From NCBI GenBank assembly GCA_051294375.1, contig CM119270.1, positions 133,353-197,352 of the forward strand: a stretch of 64,000 nucleotides of DNA, in the 5' to 3' direction. This DNA is from Paraspadella gotoi. Taxonomy: Eukaryota; Animalia; Chaetognatha. The position numbers were made by a program, and so were the translations under genes. This document shows positions 26,446-40,862 of this stretch, piece after piece (position 1 is the first letter of the stretch; every line of letters begins with the position of its first letter). Under the pieces are notes generated by a model that saw nothing but the letters and a program-made list of their open reading frames with translations, was not told the origin of the DNA and ran no database searches.

Positions 26446-26857
26446 GAGAGAAAGTGAGAGATAGAGATTTTATTTTATTTGATTTATTCTGCTCATAATG
26501 TTAATAAAACACATTTACAATCACAGGATCGTAAGAGAGCCCTACATGGATATTATGTACATTCAAGTATGTAAAAAATATAAAACAATAATTAAAAATT
26601 CATTTAATAAATAAACGAGGAAATGGTAATTTAAAAAAGAAAAATTCTTTATACAGATCATCTTAAGTTTATGATGGAACCTTTTCCATTTTTTACATTC
26701 CATACATTTTCATAATTACCAATTATTTTCAATAGTTTTGAAGTATCTTTAGAATAAATTTCTCTGAATTCGATTTTATTGTCTTCTTCTAGAAAGTTTA
26801 TGTTTTTTTATTTAACGCAATAATTGAGACGGAGTTCTTCATCATCCAAAGTGTTAC

Positions 26858-26953
<96 letters not shown>

Positions 26954-27135
26954 GAGGAAAAAGAAAGAAAAAAATATAAATAAAGAAGGAAAGAAGAAAG
27001 AAGAAAGAAAATCAAAGGAATGAAAAAAAAAATCTTGTTTATTCAACCTTTCTCTGTCATCTTTTTTCTATCTATTGCTTTTCTTTTTCTCTCTACCTTC
27101 TTCCTTTTTTGTCTCAGTATCTCCGAAACTCCTTC

Positions 27136-27232
<97 letters not shown>

Positions 27233-27373
27233 CTGTCTCCCATGTCAGCTCTTTCTTTCATATTTTCCGCCTCCAAAAATATTTTTCCTTATTATCCCCA
27301 ACAGATTTCTTTCTTTGTGACTGAAGAGATTATCGCTTTTCTTTACCTTCATAGATTTTTCTCTCTTCCTAGC

Positions 27374-27440
<67 letters not shown>

Positions 27441-27651
27441 TAGTTTTTTGACTCTAGAAATCGTTTTTCATTTTTTTCTGCTATGATAAAACATGATCCT
27501 CCTTCTTTCTCTTTTCTTTTTCTTTTTTCTTCTTTTAGCTTCTTTTATTTCATATCTATATTAGTTTGTAAAACAGTTACAACCAATGCAATACAATTTA
27601 ATAAATTCTGTCCGTCCCACCTTAAACAAAAAAACACCAATGACTCGTTAT

Positions 27652-27930
27652 TGATGGATGGATTGGAATGTAATTTTGTGTGTGGCTAGCGAAGTGTGTG
27701 ATTGAGCTGGATATGAAGTTTCGATGGAATCGTTGGAGTGAAAATGATTTTAAATTGAAAAAACAAAAAACAATATATTTAACTATTTGAACACCATTTG
27801 CTCATGAGTGGATGGGGCAATTGACTTGAAATTTTGTATGTGTGTAGGAAAGTATGTGATTAAGCTGGAAATTAAGTTTCGATGGAATCGTTAGAGTGGA
27901 AATAAGTTTAAATGGAAAAAACAAAAAAAC
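27652..27930. repeat. Diverged ~120-bp direct repeat pair, probably a transposon remnant
   Basis: gtgtgattgagctggatatgaagtttcgatggaatcgttggagtg (~27696-27740) recurs as atgtgattaagctggaaattaagtttcgatggaatcgttagagtg (~27854-27898). Confidence 0.65.
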
Positions 27931-28278
27931 CTGTTTCATTAATTTTTTCTTTTTATATTAAATGTAAATGCGTCATGTATTAATTAATCAAAAAATTAAT
28001 CATTTAATGAATCAATTAGTCAATTAATTAATCAATAATTAATTAATCAGTCAATTAATGAATCAAAACAAATATTTCGGATCAAATTAATTAATTAATT
28101 CCCTATATAAATAAATTAACTTGTTAGGAAATTATCTTATTTTTTACAAATTTTTATTACAATTTTGTGCAATTTTTTTAATGTGATTCTTTTTTTTTTC
28201 CTTCATAATATTTTTTTCCAAAAATTCTTTTTTTTTCTTGAGGTCAACAACCTTTTTTAGTTATTAAGCTCAATCAGG

Positions 28279-28334
<56 letters not shown>

Positions 28335-28858
28335 ACTCGGCAAAAGCCAATATTAAAGAAAAGAAGGTTTATCTGCGCAACAGATTCTTTCTTTCAAAAT
28401 TCCCGCACGGAAATTTTCGCTCAAACTAAAAGTTTTCTTTTCTTGTTCAATGAAATGTTTTTTACTTCGCGAAGATTTATGAAAATATAAAAAAAAATCA
28501 TTATAATAGGTAAATTTTTAAAAAAAATATATCGATAAAACTTAAATTAGTAATTATATTGAATAACTAAATTCGTTACAAAGAAAAGACAAATAATTTG
28601 GTGTGTCGTTATTTTTCTTTTTTTTCTTTCCTCTCTCTCTCACTCTCAGCTTAGTATAACTAACAGTTGAAGTAATATGACCGTGTAATCTTGATAGAAT
28701 AGCTTGAAGTAAAATTGAAGTACAAAAAGTAGTAGAAGTATAATTAATTGTTTAAAGTAACAGGATCGTGCTAAATTATATTTTTGATAAAGTAGCTTTT
28801 TGAGGTAGTTTTGAAAACTGGCCTAAAGCTCTACTCCTATTTTCAATATCAATATCAA

Positions 28859-28894
<36 letters not shown>

Positions 28895-29104
28895 AAGGTG
28901 GTGTTGATTACCGGGTGTCCACTCTCTTTTCCCTCTTCTCAGAAAATGAGTCGATTTGAAAAGAGAGAAAGATTTAGTTTCTGCTCTTTTGACTTTTCGT
29001 GACCTAAACGAGGAAAAATTGAGAGAGAAAATTGAAAAAAGAAGAAGAAAAAGGAAAAGAAAAAAAAATTAAAAAAACAAACAGAAGAACTAATAAAAGA
29101 AAAA

Positions 29105-29350
29105 CAGTTATTAAAAAAGAAAAATAATTAAGAAAAGGGAAAAAGAATTAAGAAAATGGAAAAAGAATTAATAAAAGGGAAAAAGAATTAATAAAAGAAA
29201 CAAATAATTAATAAAAGGGACAACAAATTAAGAAAAGGTAAAAAGAATTAAGAAAATTTAAAAATAATTAATAAAAGGGAAAGAGAATTAAGAAAAGGTA
29301 AAAAGAATAAAGAAAAGGGAAAAAGAATTAAGAAAAGGGAAAAGAATTAT
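29105..29350. repeat. 20-bp A-rich tandem repeat (aattaagaaaagggaaaaag)n
   Basis: Direct reading. Confidence 0.85.
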
Positions 29351-29677
29351 GTCCCTCGTTGGAAGGAATTTTGTGATGAAGAGGAAAAAGCGAAAAAAGG
29401 CTGTGACTCCAAGGTTGAGTGGCGGAGGAAAGGGGGGAGGGAGGAAGGAGGAGGAGGAGGCAGGAGGAGGAAGAAAAGGGGGAAGAGGAGGGAGAAAGGT
29501 AAAAAAGGAGAGGAAAAGGAAAAGGGAGAGAAGAAGAGAAAGAAGGAAGTAGAGTAGGAGGGAGAGGAAGAGGAGGAGAATGCGGAGGAGCGAAGTAGAG
29601 TAGGATGGGCCCTGAACATAAGTTATTGAAAAGGAGTTGCGAACAGGTGAAAGGAAGGCGGGTTCGATCGACGAGAT

Positions 29678-29720
<43 letters not shown>

Positions 29721-29937
29721 GGACGCATAGAGAGTAGATGAGTAAAAAGTCTCCAATCTGTTGTCTTAGTTAGTGATTTTAACATTTTAGTTCATTTCAA
29801 AAAGGGCTTTTATTATTCTAATCATGCAATTAGTTTACCAATTATCTTTTTTTTTAAAAAAGGACATTGTAAAAAAACAGGAACATTAATTTATTTTCTA
29901 TCACTGAAAACTGACGACGAAAAAAATAAGATTTAGG

Positions 29938-29982
<45 letters not shown>

Positions 29983-30225
29983 CTGAAATTAATTTATTCT
30001 AAAACAATCAAATCGTAATAAAATCATTCATTCATTTTTTTTATTTCAGTTTTCGTAAACATCATTTTTTCACCGTCTCGTCTGCAGAGAAATTTATTTC
30101 AGCAACTTGGAGCCGTGCGGATTTAACTGCATCATCTTCAATGCTGCTGTAGCACGTATTCAACGAAGCTGTGGAGCTTAACAACAGCAACGTTAACGGA
30201 CTTTTTTCCAGCATCGATTGTGTTG

Positions 30226-30256
<31 letters not shown>

Positions 30257-30659
30257 AGTCATCATCGTTTTAATCTTTTCGCCATCAAAAAATTTCATCG
30301 AACATAGATCGGTATTCAAAAATAACAACAACAACAACAACAACAACGACGACGACGACATCAATATTAACTAAGAAAGTCACAACCCACAAAAACAACT
30401 AAATAATCGAGAAAAATCTATCATTACTGTAAAAAGGATTAATTTTTTTTCAATTAATTCGTCGACTTCGTTTTTTCCTTTTGTTTTTCGTCGTCGACTC
30501 TGGCCCTCTAGTGTTCGATTTTGAAACTTGCGATTTCCTTTGACTTTTGTTTTCGTTTATTCGTCGTCATCGTCTTCTTCATCATCGTCATCATGAACTT
30601 TATTGGCAACGAATCCAGTGAGTCTTTATATCAATCAATCAATAAATCATTCAATCATT

Positions 30660-30690
<31 letters not shown>

Positions 30691-30840
30691 TGTTATATTA
30701 TTTAATAAGTCTATTAACTCAAAAATTAATTTTAACTAGATTATTGTAAATGTTTATCTCGAATATCTTTTTTCTGTCCTTTTCATGAATAGTGAAAAAA
30801 AAAACTATCAAATATGAATTTATGTAGCAGAAAGAAAACC

Positions 30841-30966
<126 letters not shown>

Positions 30967-31474
30967 TTGAACTCCATTGTTTGCGTTTCATATTACGCAA
31001 CATTGTTTGGAGAATCAGTAAAAATCAAGATGGTACAAGTTACAATGAGTTACAATGTCAATTTTCGCTTTTCAATTTCTCAACCTAAAGTATTTCCATT
31101 TAAATTATTTTCTCTCTTCTTATATTTCATTTTAATCTCTTTTTATAATTTTTTTAAATTTTTTTAAATTTTACTTTATTATTTCAATTTTCTTTTATTC
31201 ATATAAACTACATTTTTTTGTCTTTCTCGCTTTTCTTTTTTCCTTCCTTTCCTTTTTCTTCTTTCTTTTCTATCTTTCAATTTTTCTTCTTTCTTTCCTT
31301 CCTTTCCTTTTTTCTTTCCTTTCCTCTCTTTTCTCTTTCCTTCCTTTCCTTCCTTTCCTTTTTTTTCTCTCCTTTCTTTCCTTCCTTTCTTTTTTTCTTC
31401 TTTCTTTCCTTCCTTTCCATTTTTCTTCTTTCTTTCCTTTCCTCTCTTTCCTCTTTCCTTCCTCAATCAATTTC

Positions 31475-31657
31475 TCATCCCTTCTTTTTTTGCAAGATCC
31501 TCCAAATGCTCTCCATCCTTGCATCAGTGTCCACTGGTCCCAGCAGAAAGCGTTGTCCGCTGGCAGCTCTTTGCGCCATAACCTTTGACCTCCAAGTTTT
31601 TGCGGAATGAGAGAGAAATAGTTCTTGGTTTTCTGTGTGGAGATCAACGTATTTCAC
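31475..31657 (-). CDS. Two-domain GT31 glycosyltransferase, last coding exon (intact copy)
   Basis: ttttaag acceptor, phase 0. VKYVDLHTENQELFLSHSAKTWRSKVMAQRAASGQRFLLGPVDTDARMESIWRILQKKKG*; terminal M-x-x-I-W as in B3GALT/B3GNT enzymes. The copy at 34181-34360 has indels. Confidence 0.75.
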   Translation of the reverse strand: MKYVDLHTENQELFLSHSAKTWRSKVMAQRAASGQRFLLGPVDTDARMESIWRILQKKKG

Positions 31658-32012
31658 CTTAAAAAAAGAGGGGTGGATTTGTTTGTAACTATTTCACAAA
31701 AGCTTGCCATTTCTGATTAAATTCGAAAATAGTTTCATTTAATGATTTGGTTATGGAAGAGATTAGGGATTAGGAGCTAAGGTTAGAGATCAGGGTTTTC
31801 GCACGTTTTTCTGTTTATCTTTCTATTTTTTTTTATTTTTATGTTTACGATCTGTAAGAGAGGTTTATTTTGAAAATGAAAACAAACAGATCCACTTTTA
31901 GTTAATTGATTTCTTTTAAATTATTTTAAATTAATTGATTAATCGATTTATTAGTTAAACTTTTAAAATCGTCTCTTTTTATTTCTTCCTTTTTTTCTTT
32001 TATTCCACAAAC

Positions 32013-32187
32013 CTTAATCCCCGTGAATTCTTCCACGGCTCGTGGCGCCAATCCGGTCACGTGTACGTCCTCCAACCAAAACTTGTCCATTCGCATCGAG
32101 GCCTCGTGAAGGAGTGAAGCTAATTGTGAGTCGAGGAGATAACCGGGTCCGTCACAGTGACTTGGGAAGCGGCTTGGACCAAATTCT
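32013..32187 (-). CDS. GT31 domain 2 exon with glycine-rich loop and EDV motif (intact copy)
   Basis: ccag acceptor, gtttgt donor, 175 nt. EFGPSRFPSHCDGPGYLLDSQLASLLHEASMRMDKFWLEDVHVTGLAPRAVEEFTGIK. The copy at 34712-34884 lacks 2 nt. Confidence 0.9.
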
Positions 32188-32201
32188 CTGGTGGGGGGAG
32201 G

Positions 32202-32309
<108 letters not shown>

Positions 32310-32530
32310 CAATACAACATTAACGAAAAACAAACGCTGACAACAAAAAGAAACACAAAAAATAACAACAACAACAAAACAAGAACAACAAAAACAAGTG
32401 ACAACATTTATTAATGTAACATTATGTTTGTACATCTATATCTCGGTTTAAACACAGTAACAAACGATTCATCGATCAAAACCAAGTTAAATAAGTCAAT
32501 ATTCCCCCCACACACATCCATCGTCCACAC

Positions 32531-32806
32531 CTAAAATTCGTCCACCACTTTTTCTTCTTCGCGACTCCGAGTCTCGGCGTCCAAGGATTTTTGTTCATTC
32601 GACAAATGAATCTTAATTCCATCGATTTTTCCGTTGACGCCGTCGTCGACCCAGATTCGGTTCCAATCGTTAAATGCGGTGCCATTTTGGCGCCACCTTT
32701 GCGGAGCCGATCCTGTGCCAGGGTCCGCAATCGTCTTGACGTCGGGGCCGTAATTTGAGAGAAAAGAAGAAAGTTCAAAAATGTTGACAAACATATCGTC
32801 GTCGAC
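32531..32806 (-). other. Frameshifted duplicate of the DxD exon (intact copy at 35237-35514)
   Basis: 276 nt versus 278 nt; VDDDMFVN and FICRMNKNP...KKWW fall in different frames. Confidence 0.75.
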
Positions 32807-32956
32807 CTGAAAGCGGAAAAAGTTGTTATTTTTTGTTAATATATTTGTGTTGTTATTGTTTACGTTTATGATGTTTTTTCTACTTTCAGTATTGTTACTT
32901 TGTTTTCTTTTCTTGTTTTATCTGTTGTTGCATTTTTGTGTTGCTTTTTTTGTCGT

Positions 32957-33292
32957 TATTGTATGGATAAAGCGCTAAGTGGGCAGAGGACAGATATCCG
33001 AATCATCTGTGACCCTTCAGCAGCCATGGAATCAGTCTTGAGGGCTTTCCAGGCCCCCAACGCTGTTTACAGCCGTCTTGACGCTTCCCCTAGGAGGAGG
33101 TACCAATGGGGATCGATCGCGGTACAATTAGGGATCGATCCTGGTACAATTGGGGATCGATCTCGGTACCAATGGGGATCGATCCTGGTACCTAGTGGTC
33201 ATAAGCTAATGGTATTACTCAATGAGCCACTGGGTCACGACTGAAGTTGTCATGCTTAGAGACGTGGTGAATATTTTGCAATGCCCGCCTAC
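32957..33292 (-). mobile_element. SINE-like element family B with a 4x tandemly amplified B-box-like segment
   Basis: Minus strand starts gtaggcgggcattgc, has A-box-like gtggctcattgagtaa, four 22-bp units containing ggatcgatcccc, and ends cccacttagcgctttatccatacaata. Homologous to the copies at 42068 and 53124. Repeated at 35664-35999 in the duplicated block. Confidence 0.75.
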
Positions 33293-33582
33293 TATTGTCA
33301 TCACACAACATTATCATTAACATTATTATTAACATTATCATTAACATTATCATCCTTATTTTATTTGTTGTTTTTATTATGGCTAATGGCAAAGGGCTCG
33401 CAAGGGCATCCACATCTAATATACAATGCCGTTTCTTTTCAATCTGCAAATTTCCAATTCCTGCCACCTCATTCCATTCCTTCGGTCAGGTCTAGAGAAC
33501 TTCTCTTCCACTCTTATCAAGATGATGACGGATCACGAGACGCCCTCGTTCAACCTTNNNNNNNNNNNNNNNNNNNNNNNNN

Positions 33583-36229
<2,647 letters not shown>

Positions 36230-36230
<1 letters not shown>

Positions 36231-36442
36231 TTGAAGACAAAGTCGGCTTCGCTGCAGAAGGATGTCACCCACTCCAGCCCCATCAGCGATTTGATGGTGA
36301 GATTCTCGTAGGCGTCCAGGAAGTCCTGTTGGACGAGATCATTGCAATCTGCGGATTCGGCATCAATGGAGCTTTGGAGAAGAGGGTCCTTGGGTCGACC
36401 GAGGAGAAAGACTGACCGACGGAGAAGATTTGGGATGGGGAA
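36230..36442 (-). CDS. GT31 domain 2 exon
   Basis: ctcag acceptor after a long pyrimidine tract. FPIPNLLRRSVFLLGRPKDPLLQSSIDAESADCNDLVQQDFLDAYENLTIKSLMGLEWVTSFCSEADFVFK, the classic DFxDxYxNLTxK..W...C motif. Confidence 0.93.
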
Positions 36443-36447
36443 CTGAG

Positions 36448-37122
36448 ATGGGGGGAGAGGGAAAGAGAGAGAGAGAGGGAGGGAGAGAGGGAGGGAGAGG
36501 AGAGGAGAGAAGGTGGGAGAGGGGAGGGAGAGAGGTAGGGAGAAGGGAGGGAGAGGGAGGGGAGGGAGGGAGAGGGGAGGGGAGAAGAGAGGGGAGGGAG
36601 GGAGAGAGGGAGGAGAGGGGAGGGATAGAGGGTGGGAGAGAAGGAGAGAGGGAGGAGAGAGGGATGGAGAGGAGAGGGAGAGAGGGGGGAAGAGGGGGAG
36701 GGAGAGAGGTAGGGAGAGAGGGAGGGAGAGGGAGGGGGAGGGGGAAAGGGAGGGGAGGGGAGGGAGAGAGAGAGGAGGGAGGGAGAGAGGGAGGGAGAGG
36801 GGAGGGAGAGGGTGGGAGAGAGGAGAGAGGGAGGGAGAGAGGGATGGAGAGGGAGAGAGAGGGTGGGAGAGGGGGAGGGAGAGAGAATGGAGAGGGGGAG
36901 GGAGAGAGGTAGGGAGAGAGAGGGGAGGAGGGAGGAGAGAGGGAGGGAGAGAGGGGAGGGAAAGAGAGGGACGGGAGAGAGGGAGAGGAGAGGGGGAGGG
37001 GAAGGGGGAGGGAGAGAGGGAGGGAGATAGGGAGAGGGGGAGGAAAGATGGAGGGAGAGAAGGAGGGAGAGGGGGGGAGAGAAAGGGAGGGAGGAGGAAA
37101 GGGAGAAGGGGAGAGGAGAGGG
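36448..37122. repeat. G/A-only (GGGA-rich) intronic tract with G-quadruplex/H-DNA potential
   Basis: Direct reading; explains the P/S/L and G/E/R ORFs. Confidence 0.9.
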
Positions 37123-37296
37123 AAAATAATATTGTGAGCAAAGTTTGCATCATGAGCCGCAACGTGCAACCTCAAAGTGACCGTTTCAACCATTGTTCCC
37201 TTTCAGAAAATGCCTTTAACATCAATATTAAAATAAAATCAATATTAAAATATTCATTATTTAAATATTATTTAAATTATCTGCCACTCAATTCAC

Positions 37297-37620
37297 CTTG
37301 GAATTTCCCCATGTCCTTCGAATGACGTCTCTTCTCTTCCGATTTCCCGGCGCCGATGGAATCACGAAGATCACGCCCACCGGCGCCGCGGAGGAGCTGC
37401 CGGGCGGCGCAGCATTTGGACTGCTGGGCGGCTCCGTAGAGACACCGTCGGCCGGCATCGCGAGGGAGTCTTTCTCTGGCGCCGCGGAATGCTTAAAGGC
37501 GCCGTGACAAATTCGAGCCGCGTTGTGAATGAAAGTGAATTTGTCCTCTCGTCTTCGACTCACGTGAAATGATTTTGTGAGTTTTAGGCGAAGATGTGAA
37601 GGGAGGACGTCGTACCAAAG
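37297..37620 (-). CDS. Exon joining the end of GT31 domain 1, a linker and the start of domain 2
   Basis: ctccag acceptor, gtgaat donor, 324 nt, phase 0-0, no stop. LWYDVLPSHLRLKLTKSFHVSRRREDKFTFIHNAARICH...VGVIFVIPSAPGNRKRRDVIRRTWGNSK. Confidence 0.88.
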
Positions 37621-37762
37621 CTGGAGATGAAAGGAGGGTGAGGTAAATATGAGAGAGTTGATTAATTTTAAGTCGCGGTCAAGAACTCTTTATTTCCAGA
37701 GTGCTCCATTTCTGTTGCTTTATCCCGGAATTTAAACTTAACCTTGGTATTTAAACTAAATA

Positions 37763-38330
37763 CAGTCCTGTGAAAAAAAATCGCGCCACTTTAATTAAGA
37801 CTTTAAAAATTTGAATATATTTGAATTTTTTAAACAAATTTAAAAATAAATTAATATATATTGTAAGATTATAAGTTTAGCATAAATTTTATTAAAAGCG
37901 GGTCATCCATTTAAGAGCAGTAATTTTTTAAAATAAAGTACTCTATAGCAAAGCTGAATATAAAAAATCTAGTAGATTTAAGACTAATACTTTTGATTTT
38001 AATATTTTGCGTTTTTTGTAATAGATTAAAAATTTAAAAAAGTTATACTGGATATCTGGAAGGATAGCTGGATAACTGGATTGCCCCAGATCCTTAAATA
38101 ATAATCTTAAGATTATTGAAATATATCATCTTTTAGATAAAATCGATTTTCCCGTTTGGTTTTAGAACACTTAAATTTTAAAAATTTTATTTCCTAAACC
38201 ACTTGACCGATTGTAATAAAATTAAAACATATTTTTTTTAAAAAATTATTATTTTTTATATAATTTTTAAAAATGTTTTAAAGACTGGAATTTAAAGATA
38301 TAAAGTAGTGCGTTTTTTTGCACAAGAGTG
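37763..38330. mobile_element. Tc1/mariner-type MITE
   Basis: TA on both sides; imperfect ~30-bp TIRs cagtcctgtgaaaaaaaatcgcgccacttt / aaagtagtgcgtttttttgcacaagagtg; AT-rich non-coding interior. Confidence 0.75.
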
Positions 38331-38630
38331 TATATTTTTGATTTTATAACCCAATCTCTAACTCTTATCCCGAATTATTATCTCAAACTCCAACCTAATC
38401 CTGAACCCAAATCTTAAACCATTATCTTTAATTTTTAACCTTAAACTCAAACCCTAATCCCTGTTATAATCCATAACCAAAACTCTAATCTTTATCTCTA
38501 AAAATTAACCTAATTCCAGATTTAAGATTCGGGGTCGTTCATTCGGCTTTGAATATGAATATGTTTCTAATCTTTTACAATAATATAAATCATAATACTA
38601 AGCTAATCAGACTTTATTACATATTCTCAC

Positions 38631-38755
38631 CTGATAAAGACTTCTCACGTCGCCATAAAAACCGAATAACAATTTCTCGTCCACTTTCTCTCCCCCAATT
38701 CTCTTACGAATTTTAGATCGATCAAGATCCAAGAATCGTGCACCGAAATATCGAC
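38631..38755 (-). CDS. GT31 domain 1 C-terminal exon
   Basis: ttcag acceptor, gtgag donor, 125 nt, phase 1-0. RYFGARFLDLDRSKIRKRIGGEKVDEKLLFGFYGDVRSLYQ. Confidence 0.78.
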
Positions 38756-39081
38756 CTGAATCGGAATTTGGGTCAAATTCACTCAGGTTTGGGTCAGATT
38801 CACTCAGATTTGGGTCAGATTCACTCAAAGATTATAACCTGCTCCTTCTAATTATGACCCTGTGACACAATGAGATCATGAGATCCCAAGAAGCTTGAAG
38901 TTGTTTTGAAAAAAACCTCGAGACATAGTAATTCTTTATCTTGACCCAAAATAAAAGTAGACAGACAAACTGACAGACAGACTGACATACAGACAGACTG
39001 ACAGCCTTACTAACAGCCTGACTGATAATTTTTATATTGGTTGTACCAATTTCATACAGATTGACAGACTGACTGACTGAC

Positions 39082-39190
39082 CTAAAACGCCGGTTATGAA
39101 GACGTCGGAGATGAAGAAGGAAGGAAGAGAGGAAGAGGAGGAGGAGGAGGAGGAAGAAGAGGAAGAGGAGGAGAGGAGAGAGGAGACGAA
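39082..39190 (-). CDS. GT31 domain 1 exon with degenerate EDV motif and poly-Ser
   Basis: tttcag acceptor, gtcagt donor, 109 nt, phase 0-1. FVSSLL(S)nLPSFFISDVFITGVL. Confidence 0.82.
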
Positions 39191-39524
39191 CTGAAAGGAA
39201 GGGAATTGAAACAAAGATTAGATTTGTTTTAACGGTTTGTTTGGTTTTGTTTTTTTTTGTTATGGTACTTGTTTTGGTTTTGTTTTCTTTTCTTTTGTTT
39301 GAGTACTTAATTTATTTTGCACATTTTGTTTTCTTATTGTTTTTCGTTTTTTTGTTTTTGTTTATTTTAAAATTAATTAAACAAAACAAATCTCGAGTCT
39401 ATACAGCAATTAACTACATCGCTGACCATTTGACATTTTTCACGTTCCTTTCACCACGAACCACCACAATTAAACCACCCCTTACCACTCAACCACCTCC
39501 ACAAACCACCTTAAAAATACCCAC

Positions 39525-39796
39525 CTCGGTTCTAAAAGCGTAAAAATCCGCGTCACAAAATGGCGGATACTCGTCCTCCGCCCACTCGTCGCGGGTAACT
39601 GTCCAACGCGACGATGACGGTGGACGAATGACGCGCGAGTGACGGTTGACGCTGCAGAGGAAGACGGGCGCCGGATAAGTGGGCGTGGCAGATGATGACG
39701 ACGACGACGACGACGACGGTAACGAAGTCAAAAGTCGAAAGAAAGAAAAAACGTTGAGGAAGATTTTATCCGTCGTCATGATCACAAAGGAAGAAC
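39525..39796 (-). CDS. GT31 domain 1 exon with degenerate DxD
   Basis: atcag acceptor, gtgggt donor, 272 nt, phase 1-0. GSSFVIMTTDKIFLNVF...FLCSVNRHSRVIRPPSSSRWTVTRDEWAEDEYPPFCDADFYAFRTE. Confidence 0.9.
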
Positions 39797-40019
39797 CTGA
39801 TGGAGACAGAGACGACGGGATAGAGAGCGAGACGGTTTGAGAAATCAGTAATAAATAACTTTTCTTATTTAACGTCTATCACAGCCACATATCATAACTC
39901 CCATTAAATTTCCTATCACAGCGACATAACACAACCCCACTCACAACTTCACTCACAACACCGGCAGCAACCCTTGTAACATTAACATGGTGGTATCACA
40001 TTTGCTCTCACCCCCAAGC

Positions 40020-40390
40020 ACCAATCACAAACCCCCTATCACAACCCCCTTTATCGAAAACCCCATTATCACAAACCCCCTATTACAAACCCCATTATCA
40101 CAACCCCCTTAACACAACCCCTTAACTCAACCCCCTTAACACAACCTCCCTTATCACAAACCCTATTATCACAACCCCCTTATCACATCCCCCTTGTCAT
40201 AACCCCTTGTCATAACCCCATTATCACAACCCCCCTTAACACAACTCCTCTATCACAACCCCCCTTATCACAACCCCTCTATCGCAAACCCCTTATTACA
40301 ACCTCCATTATCACATCTCCCTTATCAAAAACTCCCTAATCACAACCCCCCTTATCAAAATCCCCTTATCACAACCCCTCTATCACAACT
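40020..40390. repeat. ~15-16-bp minisatellite (ttatcacaaccccc)n directly inside the intron donor
   Basis: Direct reading; the minus strand gives GGGG runs and many TGATAA/TGATAG motifs. Confidence 0.88.
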
Positions 40391-40393
40391 TAC

Positions 40394-40606
40394 CCGCGCA
40401 TCTCTCTTGGATCCACTTCATCCCAGTCATCGTCTTTTTCGTCTCCATTTTGAGATCGTCCCTAAATCGACAAACAATGAGGTCGTCATGGCGACGGGAT
40501 TCGTCGGCGAGAGCGGCGGCGGTGGCGGCTGAAGCTGAGGCGGCTGAGGCGGCGGCGGCTGCGTCAGCGGCAGCACCGACGACGAAGACGAAACGAGTCG
40601 ATTTTT
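40394..40606 (-). CDS. GT31 domain 1 exon with poly-Ala insertion
   Basis: Pyrimidine tract + caag acceptor, gtaagt donor, 213 nt, phase 1-1. KSTRFVFVVGAAADAAAAASAASASATAAALADESRRHDDLIVCRFRDDLKMETKKTMTGMKWIQERCA. Confidence 0.87.
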
Positions 40607-40636
40607 CTTGAAGATTTGAAAAAAAAAGAAAAGACT

Positions 40637-40862
40637 ATGGCAACAGCCGGGTTGCCTATGATGCCCATCGGATGGGCCATCTCACTGTTGGCTTTGGGGG
40701 CTTCCGACCCTCAGTGACGCCCTCCAGTCACTGGCGCGGTTACCTAGGACGGTCGCGCTTTGCCAACGCAGAGGGAAGTCGTTAGGACTTCGGGATGGGC
40801 GATGGTGTGTTCCCCCTCTGAGCCAATAGGATGTGAGGCGGTGTGAATATACCGCGACTTAC
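40637..40862 (-). mobile_element. Structured element family A, diverged second member, intronic
   Basis: Same order of hairpins and shared blocks (tggcaac..ttgcct, atctcac, gaccctcagtgac..gtcactggc) as 8882-9000. Confidence 0.7.

Noticed and set aside
30062-30364. Possible exon(s), and a CTCF-like motif at 30501-30514
   Set aside because: No recognisable homology or consistent splice chain; the motif is a single imperfect match.
40685-40770. Hammerhead-like reading on the minus strand (ctgaggg..stem..caaa)
   Set aside because: The core deviates from CUGANGA/GAAA and the 8.9 kb homologue has ctac at the GAAA position.
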